Below are positions 39,499 through 48,729 of a DNA stretch of 64,000 nucleotides, piece after piece (the first letter of the stretch is position 1; the number at the start of each line of letters is the position of its first letter). The stretch comes from Eubacteriales bacterium (GTDB taxonomy: Bacteria; Bacillota; Clostridia; Oscillospirales; CAG-272): the NCBI GenBank assembly GCA_045540175.1, contig JAZQGU010000047.1, positions 187 through 64,186 of the forward strand, given 5' to 3'. Below the pieces are notes generated by a model. That model was not told the origin of the DNA. It worked only from the letters and a program-made list of their open reading frames with translations, and did no database searches. The position numbers were made by a program, and so were the translations under genes.

Positions 39499-40568
39499 TT
39501 CATTACCTCGATAGTTTTTCTCACGACCTCGTTTCGGTCGAAATTCGCTTCAACGTGCTCGCGTCCTCGCTTGCCCATCGTCTCTCTTTCGTCCTTCGTC
39601 ATAAGGCAGACGCGTCTCATCGCCCTATAAAGCGATTCGGCGTCGTGAGACGGGCACAGTATTCCGCTTTCGTCCGGGACGACCGTCTCTCGGCAGCCGT
39701 ATACGTCTGTCGTAACGAGCAGGCGCCCGATCGCCGCGCCCTCAAGGAGGACGTTTGACATTCCCTCATGATATGACGGCAATACAACCGCGTCGCACGA
39801 TTTATAAAGCGACGCCACATCGTTTATAAACCCGAGATAATTTATAACTCCGCGTTCATGAAGCTCTTTTACCGTCTGCTCGTAAGAGTCCTCAAAGATT
39901 CCCGCGATGCTAAGCTCAAATCGGTCTCCGAACTCGCTTTTCAGCTTTTCAGCGGCGTAAAACAGCTCGTCAACACCCTTTTCCTTCATGATCCTGCTGA
40001 CGAATGCGAATCTGACCGTGTCGCCCTCGGGCATAGGGGTAAGCGGAAAGTCGTCAAGGTCGACTCCTGCGCCGCTGAACACAACGGCTTGGTCCTTCCT
40101 GATGATCTTCTTATTCACGAAAAGATCGCGGTTGCCGTCGTTTTCGAAGAAAACAGATTTCGCCTTTTTTGCCGCCGCGCGGTACATTGCCGAAACGACG
40201 GTCTTAAGCCCCTTGCGGTAAAAGGCGCTTCCGAGCCCCTGAACGTGCAGATAATACGGCACTCCGATCCTTCTGCAGGCGTAACCGCCGTATATATTCG
40301 GCTTTATAGAATAGGTTATGACTGCATCGGGGGCAACCTCTTTTATAATCTTCCTATACTGCTTATAAAGCTTCAGATCATTGCGCGGATTTATTCCTCG
40401 TCTGTCAACGTCGGCGTAAACAATATCACATCCGAGCTTGATAAGCTCCTCTTCCCCGCCGTGCGGCACGCAAGCCGTCACAGACGCACTCTTGAGAAGT
40501 TCTTTTATAAGCGCCCCGCGGTAAATGACGAGCATTCCGCCGTTATTGGATATTAAAAGATAACGCAT
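39495..40568 (-). CDS. Glycosyltransferase family 4 (CapM-like)
   Basis: IKPNIYG, GLGS, GAGVD, R...KG, LPSYHEG....LLE; start moved to ATG 40568 after AAAGGAG. Confidence 0.9.
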   Translation of the reverse strand: MRYLLISNNGGMLVIYRGALIKELLKSASVTACVPHGGEEELIKLGCDIVYADVDRRGINPRNDLKLYKQYRKIIKEVAPDAVITYSIKPNIYGGYACRRIGVPYYLHVQGLGSAFYRKGLKTVVSAMYRAAAKKAKSVFFENDGNRDLFVNKKIIRKDQAVVFSGAGVDLDDFPLTPMPEGDTVRFAFVSRIMKEKGVDELFYAAEKLKSEFGDRFELSIAGIFEDSYEQTVKELHERGVINYLGFINDVASLYKSCDAVVLPSYHEGMSNVLLEGAAIGRLLVTTDVYGCRETVVPDESGILCPSHDAESLYRAMRRVCLMTKDERETMGKRGREHVEANFDRNEVVRKTIEVMK

Positions 40569-40619
40569 AATATGGTAGAACACTCCTTTCCCGCTGCTTA
40601 TTTCTGGGCATACACTGTT

Positions 40620-40648
40620 ATTATATAATATATTCCGCGCATTGTCAA
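40620..40648 (-). promoter_or_regulatory. SigA promoter of the glycan cluster
   Basis: Perfect TTGACA-N17-TATAAT on the minus strand. Confidence 0.75.
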
Positions 40649-40750
40649 GACACAGCCCAGCTTGGCGGTAACTCCGTTTAAGAACAATATCTGATTCACT
40701 TAAAACAGCGTTGCGGCATCTCATTATGGAGAATGCCGCAACGCTTGCTT

Positions 40751-43165
40751 TTATTTATGATTTGATTTACGCCTCTTTAAAACGAGGCAGATTCCTAAGA
40801 GAACGACGGCTGCAGCCGCTGCGCAAACGGTTATGATAATACCGGTATTATCTTCGTTTTCTTTAAAATCGGAGTCACCGCGCTCGGGCGCGAGCACGTT
40901 AAGATTAAAGGTGAATCGGTTATCGGGATGATACCATTTTTCTTCAACCGTCGAGTAATACTCGACCTGAACAGTCTTACCGTCCTCAGAGAAATGGAAC
41001 ATTGCCACCATACCGACAGTACCCACGTTATCAATGCCCTGAGGGTCTATAAGCATCTGAACGACCTTGTTGCCGTTCACGCCGTTATCCTCGCGCATAA
41101 CGATCTTATCCCACGGATCGTGACCCGAAAGAACGAGGACAATATTCTCATGATTCTTAACGAACTTTTCCCAAATGTCGTCGCCGTCGTTGCCGCCTTC
41201 TTTGCTTGGAGGGCAAACGTCGCCGTCGTCAAGGGTGGTTCCGTCGCGGTACATATAAGCGTGAGTAGTAATGATTACGTTATGATCCTTATAAGAATCA
41301 ACGATTCCCGCCGCCCAGTTAAGAACGCTGTCAGAAGCGCCGTAGTCAAGTGCCATAACGAGATACTTGATCCTGCCGACCGTAAGAGTAAAGTAAGAGT
41401 TTTCAACACTTCCGTTGTAGGTTCCTTCAAGCTGTTCGGAATAAGCTGTATTGTTGAAGTAAGAGTTGAGCGCACTTGCGGCGTCGTGGTTACCGCGGTT
41501 AAGAATGTACGGGATCTTGCCGTTTAGCTTGAAGATATTATCCTTGGCAAGCGTCCATTCATTAGCGGCGCCACTGTATGTTTCGGTTATATCACCGAGC
41601 CCGAGAACGAGCTTGATATTCTGCTTTTCAATATTATTTACTATATAGTCGTAAAGCTTTGCGATATCCTGTGTACCGTTCTTGAGGTCATTTTGAATGA
41701 TCTTCTGAGTATCGCCTACAACTGCGAAGGTATAGGAATAATCATCGGCATCATATTTATTCATCCAAGGGCTGTAAACATCGTTGCCGTTATTCGAAAG
41801 GTCTACAATAGTATCTCTGTTATCTTTCTCGGTAATCGAAGTAAGATCATAGTGCGCGATAAGAGAGCCGTCGTTATAATCGGGCTTATCCGCCTTATAG
41901 TCTGAGGCTATCTCGGCTGCCGAACGGACGTCGGAATAAGCGGTTATGCTGTTGATCTTTCCGAGAAACCTGCAGTTGTTATCGTTCTGTTCTGCGCGGC
42001 GGAGGTCGCCGCCTATGCAAATGGGATTTGTATAGGACGTTTCAACAGTACTTGCGGAAATTGTCTCGGTACCTGCAAGAACACCGTTAATATAGCAGTA
42101 CGCCTTGCCTTCGGCAGGGTCACGAACGACAGCAACGTGCTTCCATTTTCCGTCTGCAATATTTATGCCGCTAAACGAGCAGTTGCCGCTTGACGTACCG
42201 TTGCCGTTCTGCCAATAGAACCTCGGCACGCCGTTCTGAAGGACCTCAAAGCTCACACAAGCAACGCCCGATGCCTGATAGTTGCCGTAAATAACTCCGA
42301 TTCTCTTGGAAGCAACCGACGCGGGAACGTTAACGTATGCCTCAACGGTAAGCGGAACAGCAGAAAGGGGAGCTTTTGAGGTGTAAAGTGTATTCTGTAC
42401 AAAGCTCATACCCTCCGGCGTTACTGAAGGCGTGTCATCATCTGTTGAAGCACCGATGTAAACAAGGTCATTAGCATTCGGAGAAAGATCCTTGAGTCTT
42501 TCCGATCCGCCTGCCGTGAAGTCGTAACAGCAAAGAATGTCAGCATCGTTTGCAGAAGCGGGATTTACGATCTCCTCCTCTGTGCGGACATCGGAATAAA
42601 GAGCAACGCTCTTCATCGTTCCTCTGAAAACAAGGTTTACAGCCGCGCGGTTATCGCGTCCTATGCCGATCGCAGACGTATGCGTCTCGACGGTAGCCGC
42701 ATTTGCATATGAGCTGTAATTGACGGTTTGCTTTAGCTCGCCGTTTATATAACAGCTCGCGGTCTTATTCGCAAAATCGCGCGTAACTGTAAGACGGACT
42801 TCTTCTCCCGTGCAAGCGTTTACCTTATCGAATTTGATATCCATCGCATCTGCGGAGTTAGTCTGCCAGAACAGGCGCGGTATTCCTCCCGTCCAGATCT
42901 CAAGAACCACGCCGGGAGTTGAGCCGTCCTTATAGTTGCCCACAACGGCATTTCTGTTCGCTGTCTCCGACTGCGCAAGAGTGAACACCGCCTCAAAGGT
43001 CTGCGGCGCCGTTGAAAGAACGTTTGCCGCGTTATAATACTCTGAGGCAGTGAAGGTTATGCCCGCATTATCAGAGGCGTATATTTTCGCAAACGGCGCA
43101 GAAACAGTTATCGCCGATGCGATCATCAGGCACGATATAAGCCATGACAGTATGCGCTTTTTCAT
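40751..43165 (-). CDS. Membrane-anchored protein with two LamG-like domains and a calcineurin-like metallophosphoesterase
   Basis: Signal peptide; two W.H.....D......YING LamG-like repeats; GDTQ, GLGDIT, GNHD, TH, GH motifs; C-terminal TM. Confidence 0.82.
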   Translation of the reverse strand: MKKRILSWLISCLMIASAITVSAPFAKIYASDNAGITFTASEYYNAANVLSTAPQTFEAVFTLAQSETANRNAVVGNYKDGSTPGVVLEIWTGGIPRLFWQTNSADAMDIKFDKVNACTGEEVRLTVTRDFANKTASCYINGELKQTVNYSSYANAATVETHTSAIGIGRDNRAAVNLVFRGTMKSVALYSDVRTEEEIVNPASANDADILCCYDFTAGGSERLKDLSPNANDLVYIGASTDDDTPSVTPEGMSFVQNTLYTSKAPLSAVPLTVEAYVNVPASVASKRIGVIYGNYQASGVACVSFEVLQNGVPRFYWQNGNGTSSGNCSFSGINIADGKWKHVAVVRDPAEGKAYCYINGVLAGTETISASTVETSYTNPICIGGDLRRAEQNDNNCRFLGKINSITAYSDVRSAAEIASDYKADKPDYNDGSLIAHYDLTSITEKDNRDTIVDLSNNGNDVYSPWMNKYDADDYSYTFAVVGDTQKIIQNDLKNGTQDIAKLYDYIVNNIEKQNIKLVLGLGDITETYSGAANEWTLAKDNIFKLNGKIPYILNRGNHDAASALNSYFNNTAYSEQLEGTYNGSVENSYFTLTVGRIKYLVMALDYGASDSVLNWAAGIVDSYKDHNVIITTHAYMYRDGTTLDDGDVCPPSKEGGNDGDDIWEKFVKNHENIVLVLSGHDPWDKIVMREDNGVNGNKVVQMLIDPQGIDNVGTVGMVAMFHFSEDGKTVQVEYYSTVEEKWYHPDNRFTFNLNVLAPERGDSDFKENEDNTGIIITVCAAAAAVVLLGICLVLKRRKSNHK

Positions 43166-43336
43166 ATAATTCTCCAAATTAAATTTTTCTTTACTTTTTC
43201 GATAAAGTAATCTATAATAAGTATAAATCAAATGCGCAATTCAGTCAATAGCGGTGCGTAAATTAGCATAAATCCTTTGCTTCTTTGCTCATTTGTCCAA
43301 AAACGCGCAAAATTCACGCAATCATGCGGAGGAAAC

Positions 43337-44092
43337 ATGTATAACAGCGACAGAGAAAACGAAATACTGGAAACAATAAAGGCAAACGGTTACGTAAGTG
43401 TAAAGGCCCTCGCTCAGATGCTCTCGATCAGCGAATCCAGCATCCGCCGAGACCTAACGGATCTTCAAAGCAAGGGACTGATAACAAGGAAGCACGGCGG
43501 AGCCGAGGCGATCGACTCGGTAACGAGAAACATCCCATATTCCCACAGATATCAGCTTGGAAAAAACGAAAAGAAAAGGATCGCACAGGTCGCAGTCTCT
43601 CTCGTAAAGGAGGGTGACGTTGTCTTCCTCGACGCGTCGAGCACCACCATATATCTCGCCAAGGAAATTGCCGCAATAAGCGGTGTAACCATCATTACAA
43701 ACGGCGTGGAGACTGCGCGCGAGCTTTGCGGCTACTCCGCAAAGGTAATAAGCACCGGCGGACTCATGTATAACGAGGACAGAGTCATGCTTGTCGGCAG
43801 TATGGCTCTCGACGTTGTGAGGTCTATTCACGCAGATATTGCATTTATATCGAGCCAGGCAATAAGCAACGACGGCGTTCTCACCTGCGTTTATCAGGAG
43901 GCAAACGACGTCCGCCGCGCGATGATTGAAAATGCCGATAAAAGAGTTTATCTTTGCCTTGAATCAAAGATTGGAAGGATCGCACCCTACAGGCTCGCTA
44001 CCCTTGACAGCATCGATTATATGGTCTGCGACGCAGAGGTACCGAATGGCTTGATTGAGAAATTTCCAAACGTTAGATTTTTGCATCCTTAA
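43337..44092 (+). CDS. DeoR/GlpR family transcriptional regulator
   Basis: ISESSIRRDL..L, HGGA, EK..IA, FLDASST, ITN, TGG. Confidence 0.93.
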   Translation: MYNSDRENEILETIKANGYVSVKALAQMLSISESSIRRDLTDLQSKGLITRKHGGAEAIDSVTRNIPYSHRYQLGKNEKKRIAQVAVSLVKEGDVVFLDASSTTIYLAKEIAAISGVTIITNGVETARELCGYSAKVISTGGLMYNEDRVMLVGSMALDVVRSIHADIAFISSQAISNDGVLTCVYQEANDVRRAMIENADKRVYLCLESKIGRIAPYRLATLDSIDYMVCDAEVPNGLIEKFPNVRFLHP

Positions 44093-44098
44093 AGTACA

Positions 44099-44128
44099 AA
44101 AAAGCAGCCGCACAAGCGACTGCTTTTT
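44099..44128. terminator. Bidirectional terminator
   Basis: AAAAAGCAGCCGC-ACAA-GCGACTGCTTTTT. Confidence 0.75.
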
Positions 44129-44138
44129 ATTTCCGGTC

Positions 44139-44378
44139 TTATTCCGCTATATCTACGATGATCTTTTTGCCGACGGTATTACCCGCTGCTTTCATCACTG
44201 TGCGTAAGCACTTGGCGTTCTTGCCTCGTCTGCCGATTATCTTTCCCATATCGCTTTCGGCAACGGTAACGGTAAATACTATCGTATTTCCCTCTTCGCG
44301 TTCGTCGATAACGAGATCCTCGGGATGATCGATCATTGCTGCAGATATATCGGTAAGAAGCTGCTTAAGCTCCGGCAT
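44139..44378 (-). CDS. khpA: KH domain RNA-binding protein KhpA
   Basis: DMGKIIGRRG; directly downstream of rpsP. Confidence 0.9.
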   Translation of the reverse strand: MPELKQLLTDISAAMIDHPEDLVIDEREEGNTIVFTVTVAESDMGKIIGRRGKNAKCLRTVMKAAGNTVGKKIIVDIAE

Positions 44379-44383
44379 TATCT

Positions 44384-44629
44384 TCACCCGATAATGTTCT
44401 GCTTCTTAAGAAGTGCACGAACGGTATCAGTCGGCTGAGCGCCGTTCTTGATCCACTTGGTTGCCTTCTCTGCGTCGATCTCAACCTCTGCGGGATCGGT
44501 CATAGGATTGTAGTGTCCGATCTGCTCGATGAAACGTCCGTCACGAGGAGAACGGGAATCTGCAACTACGATACGGTAGAAGGGAGCCTTCTTCTGTCCC
44601 ATTCTTCTGAGTCTGATTTTAACTGCCAT
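44384..44629 (-). CDS. rpsP: 30S ribosomal protein S16
   Basis: [30 protein letters not shown]. Confidence 0.98.
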   Translation of the reverse strand: MAVKIRLRRMGQKKAPFYRIVVADSRSPRDGRFIEQIGHYNPMTDPAEVEIDAEKATKWIKNGAQPTDTVRALLKKQNIIG

Positions 44630-44699
44630 TTTTCTTTCCTCCGAAATATATAAATAATTATTTTTTTATTAACAAAGGTTGATATCCAACCGAGTGTTA

Positions 44700-46034
44700 T
44701 CATTTACGGTGCTTGCGCGATTTTTTCATCATGCGGTTGAATTTTCCGCTTGACATTTCCTTCATCATCTTACAGGTCTGCTCGAACTGCTTGAGAAGGC
44801 GGTTTACATCCTCTATCCTCGTTCCCGAGCCTGCGGCGATTCGCCTCTTTCTCGGCGGGGTTATTATCGAGGGCTTGTGCCTTTCGGCGGGGGTCATTGA
44901 AAGGATTATCGCCTCTGTGCGTCCGATCGCCTTTTCGTCGATCTGCGCATTCTGAAGCTTTGACGCGTCAATGCCGGGAATCGACGCCAGCAGATCCTTC
45001 ATCGGTCCCATCTTCTTTATCTGACGGAACTGATCGAGGAAATCTTCAAGGTCAAAGGTAGACGTGCGCATTTTGCGCTCAAGCTCCTCTGCCTGCTTTT
45101 CGTCGTAAGCCTGCTCCGCCTTTTCGATTAGGGAGAGCATATCGCCCATTCCGAGGATTCTTGACGCCATACGGTCGGGATGGAACTGCTCGATCGCATC
45201 GAGCTTCTCTCCTACACCGACGTATTTGATCGGTTTTCCCGTGACGTATCTTACCGACAGCGCCGCACCGCCTCTGGTATCACCGTCGAGCTTCGTGAGC
45301 ACGACACCCGTGATATCAAGGAGCGAATTAAAGCTTTCGGCGACGTTTACTGCGTCCTGACCGAGCATTGCGTCGACCACGAGGAGGATTTCCTGCGGTT
45401 CAAGCGCTTCCTTTATTTCCTTAAGCTCCTCCATCATCTTTTCGTCGATATGGAGACGGCCCGCGGTATCTATGAATACGACGTCGTGTCCGTGCTGCTT
45501 TGCGTGCTCAATGCCCGCTTTTGCGATCTTTACGGGAGAGACGTCCGTTCCCATTGAGAAAACGGGAACATCGAGCTGTTCGCCGACGACCTGCAGCTGC
45601 TTAATTGCCGCGGGACGGTAAACGTCGCAGGCAACAAGAAGCGGACGGCGGCCCTGCTTTTTGAACATTCCGGCGAGCTTTCCGCAGTGCGTAGTTTTAC
45701 CTGCACCCTGCAGACCCACCATCATAACGATCGTGGGGGGACGCGAAGCGAGCTTTATTCTCTCACCCTCGCCGCCCATAAGCGCAGTCAGCTCTTCGTT
45801 AACTATTTTTACTATCTGCTGAGCGGGGAGAAGGCTCTGAAGCACCTCCGCTCCGACAGCTCTTTCGGTTACCTTTTTGATAAAGTCACGGACGACCTTG
45901 AAGTTTACGTCTGCCTCAAGGAGCGCGAGCTTTATTTCTCGCATACCGACCTTTACGTCTTCCTCGGTCAGCTTACCCTTGCTCTTGAACTTCTTGAACG
46001 CCGCATTTATCTTTTCGGTTAAGTTCTGGAACAT
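44700..46034 (-). CDS. ffh: Signal recognition particle protein
   Basis: ALLEADV, GLQGAGKTT, DTAGR, TKLDGD.RGG, RILGMGD. Confidence 0.98.
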   Translation of the reverse strand: MFQNLTEKINAAFKKFKSKGKLTEEDVKVGMREIKLALLEADVNFKVVRDFIKKVTERAVGAEVLQSLLPAQQIVKIVNEELTALMGGEGERIKLASRPPTIVMMVGLQGAGKTTHCGKLAGMFKKQGRRPLLVACDVYRPAAIKQLQVVGEQLDVPVFSMGTDVSPVKIAKAGIEHAKQHGHDVVFIDTAGRLHIDEKMMEELKEIKEALEPQEILLVVDAMLGQDAVNVAESFNSLLDITGVVLTKLDGDTRGGAALSVRYVTGKPIKYVGVGEKLDAIEQFHPDRMASRILGMGDMLSLIEKAEQAYDEKQAEELERKMRTSTFDLEDFLDQFRQIKKMGPMKDLLASIPGIDASKLQNAQIDEKAIGRTEAIILSMTPAERHKPSIITPPRKRRIAAGSGTRIEDVNRLLKQFEQTCKMMKEMSSGKFNRMMKKSRKHRK

Positions 46035-46036
46035 AC

Positions 46037-46375
46037 TTATAATTCCTTATTTAGTTTCTTAGCCGCGTCGATAATATCGTCGACGCTCTGTCCTTCGGCT
46101 TTAAGCTGATTCAGACGCTCGATTATATATCCGACCGTCTTTCCCATATCGCCAAATCGTGATGCAAGCCCGAGCTTCTCTTCAAGCTCAATGATTATCT
46201 CCTCGCTTTTAACGATTCGGTCGCGCACGCCCTGACGGGTTATTCCCGTGATTTCGGAGATCTCCGAAAGCGAGTAATCGCCGTTATAAAAGAGGTCTGC
46301 AGCTTCTCTCTGCTTATCGGAGAGTATGTCTCCATAGAAGTCGAGAAGGAGCGACATATTGAGATTCTTTGACAT
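46037..46375 (-). CDS. ylxM: YlxM family DNA-binding protein
   Basis: LLDFYG.IL..KQ, D.SLSEI, TRQGV.D, E.KL; directly upstream of ffh. Confidence 0.92.
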   Translation of the reverse strand: MSKNLNMSLLLDFYGDILSDKQREAADLFYNGDYSLSEISEITGITRQGVRDRIVKSEEIIIELEEKLGLASRFGDMGKTVGYIIERLNQLKAEGQSVDDIIDAAKKLNKEL

Positions 46376-46480
46376 AATTTACTCCGTTTTAAACTGTAAA
46401 GCAAATTGCCTTACACATTATAGCAGAGGCATTCACGCTTGTCAAGGGCTTTTTCGAAAAATTTATATTTATTTTGGCTA

Positions 46481-48679
46481 TCAGATAACTGTAGCTTCCG
46501 CTATTGCGTTTACAAGCTCCTCCTTAGAGGAAAGAGTGATATACGCCTTATCGGAAACGGTGATTACCGTCTTTCCGCCGACGTTTTCTTTAGGAAGCTC
46601 GTTGCCCTCGTACTCGTCTCTATAGGAAACGTTTCCGCAGGAAAGGGCGAGTTTTGCGCTGTCCTTTTTGTGCCAGAGAGTTACATGGTACTTGCCGTTA
46701 TGCTCAAAGCCGTAAGCGGTAATTCCCTCGGGGGAGGAAAGACGGTCGTAAGGAACCATTTCCATGCCATTTCCGACCTTAATGAGCGTATATTCCTTTT
46801 CGGGATCGCGGAGAAGAATCTTCTGCTCCTCGGTAATCTCGGAACGGTATTCCTCCCAACGGCGAATGACCTCAAAATTGTCCTTAGCGCGCTTGTTTCC
46901 TGCCAGATTCCAGGCACCCGGGCAGAAAAACGTTATCGGGCAATCGTAAGACGCCGCGCGGCTCGCACCGAACTCGTAAATATCCGGCTCAATATCGTCA
47001 AACAAGTGCCACCAGCCGAAATCAACGCGGGTGAAGTCTTCCTTCATCTGTCTTGCTTCGTCGAACGGGAACTGAGTAAGATGCTTTTTGAAATTCTCTG
47101 TCTTGAATACGTCGAACGCGTTACCGCCGCTCATCCAATGCCAGCCGAAGTGAGACTTCGCAGCACCCTCACAGAAGCGCGGAGGGTTCTTAAAGAGCTT
47201 GATAGTACGGTACTGTGCGTTGGAAACGTGATAATCATGAGGCGGAGGCGTGCCCTCGGAGCCGTCCATGTAGCAGAACTCAAATCCGCAGTTATATAGG
47301 TCTGCGATCTTTGCGCTGACCTCATCCTGAAGCGAGGTGTTCTGATCAACGTATACGCTGGACGCGCCGAATTCAGAAACGTCAAGCGTTCCGCCTATCT
47401 GTCCGAGAGGATGCTCCACTACGTTAGTGCCGAAATGTCCGCGCTTACAGCCGAGGAACGCGTAAGGCGGCTCGGTCGTGTAGCTTTCGTAATGGATAAG
47501 CTCGCCGCCGAACTGAAGAACGCGGCAGTCTACCTGCATAGGAGCGTCGGCAGTCGGCTGCTCAACGTATACCGTGGTATCGGTCTCCGAAAGGGGCTTT
47601 GCAAGCGTAAAGTGACGGGTAAGATTTAATCTGTGATCGGCTACGGGAGTAACGTAACGGCTTTCGATTCCAATATGTGTCTGAAGGAAGTGAAGTCCCG
47701 GGATAAAGCCCTCCACCTTGATCTTATCAAGGAACACCTTAATGTCTTCGGTACCGTTCGGGAATCTGTCATTATACTCATAATCGCCGCAAACGAGATA
47801 TCCGTCTCTGCTCGGCTTAAAGAAGTATTCCTTATAGAACAGCAATTTTTTAATGCCGCACATCTTTGCGATGTTGAGAACGTAGTCAATACTCTCCGGC
47901 TCATGAATATAGTATCCCGGAACACGAAGAATAGACGTTTTATTGCTCGGATCGCGGCGGCTCTTGACTCCACGGGGAAGATCGAGCGCTTGTTCCATAG
48001 CATCGATTGCGTCAAGCATGCTTTCCTTGCCCTCTGCACAGATAAGAGCGCAGGAGCATCCTACGAGCTTGATTCCGCGGATAGCGTCTGCGGTAAGGGT
48101 AAGCGCGCCGTTATCACGCTTTTCGTGGTCGATTCTCGTTGCGGTAGAGGTTCCGATAACCGCAACTGCGGCATCGTCGTCCCAGGTAACGTTAAGCCAC
48201 TGACCGAAGTTCTTCATTCTCTTCACGGAAAGACTGAGAAGTCTGAACTCCTGTACGGGCGGAACGTCCATATTCAGCTTTACGCCGGCTCCCGGCACGA
48301 CCTCAAAGTCTGTCGAGGTTATGATAAAATCACCGAGGCGGAAGATAACGTATTCGTCCTCTATCTCAACGTCTACCCAAGCTCCAAAGGATACAAGCTC
48401 AAAATAAACCCTGATACGTCCGTCAACAAGCTCAACGCTCTTTGCACCGAAGGTCGTTCTCTTGTTAGGATACATAAGCTTTATTTCGTTATTAAAAGGT
48501 CTGTTTTCCGTAAGCGAGAAAACGGGTATCGGAGCGCTCTTATCGAGCAGATCTCTGCCGTTTTTCTTCAGTATCAGACTTTCGGCAAGCGCGTTTTTGC
48601 CGACGGTAAGGGTAAAATGTCTGTTCTCAATAACGATGCTTCCGTCGGAATTCGAAAATAATCTCTTAACGTTACTCAT
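46481..48679 (-). CDS. Uncharacterised glycoside-hydrolase-like protein, copy 2
   Basis: 732 aa, no signal peptide; FPNG..D.K...DK....G..PGLH and GF...YMDGSEG resemble GH27/31/36-type TIM barrels. Confidence 0.5.
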   Translation of the reverse strand: MSNVKRLFSNSDGSIVIENRHFTLTVGKNALAESLILKKNGRDLLDKSAPIPVFSLTENRPFNNEIKLMYPNKRTTFGAKSVELVDGRIRVYFELVSFGAWVDVEIEDEYVIFRLGDFIITSTDFEVVPGAGVKLNMDVPPVQEFRLLSLSVKRMKNFGQWLNVTWDDDAAVAVIGTSTATRIDHEKRDNGALTLTADAIRGIKLVGCSCALICAEGKESMLDAIDAMEQALDLPRGVKSRRDPSNKTSILRVPGYYIHEPESIDYVLNIAKMCGIKKLLFYKEYFFKPSRDGYLVCGDYEYNDRFPNGTEDIKVFLDKIKVEGFIPGLHFLQTHIGIESRYVTPVADHRLNLTRHFTLAKPLSETDTTVYVEQPTADAPMQVDCRVLQFGGELIHYESYTTEPPYAFLGCKRGHFGTNVVEHPLGQIGGTLDVSEFGASSVYVDQNTSLQDEVSAKIADLYNCGFEFCYMDGSEGTPPPHDYHVSNAQYRTIKLFKNPPRFCEGAAKSHFGWHWMSGGNAFDVFKTENFKKHLTQFPFDEARQMKEDFTRVDFGWWHLFDDIEPDIYEFGASRAASYDCPITFFCPGAWNLAGNKRAKDNFEVIRRWEEYRSEITEEQKILLRDPEKEYTLIKVGNGMEMVPYDRLSSPEGITAYGFEHNGKYHVTLWHKKDSAKLALSCGNVSYRDEYEGNELPKENVGGKTVITVSDKAYITLSSKEELVNAIAEATVI

Positions 48680-48729
48680 AGCTTAATTCTCCTTAAAAAT
48701 ATAATGATAATCAGCAGTTTTTTAGGTTT

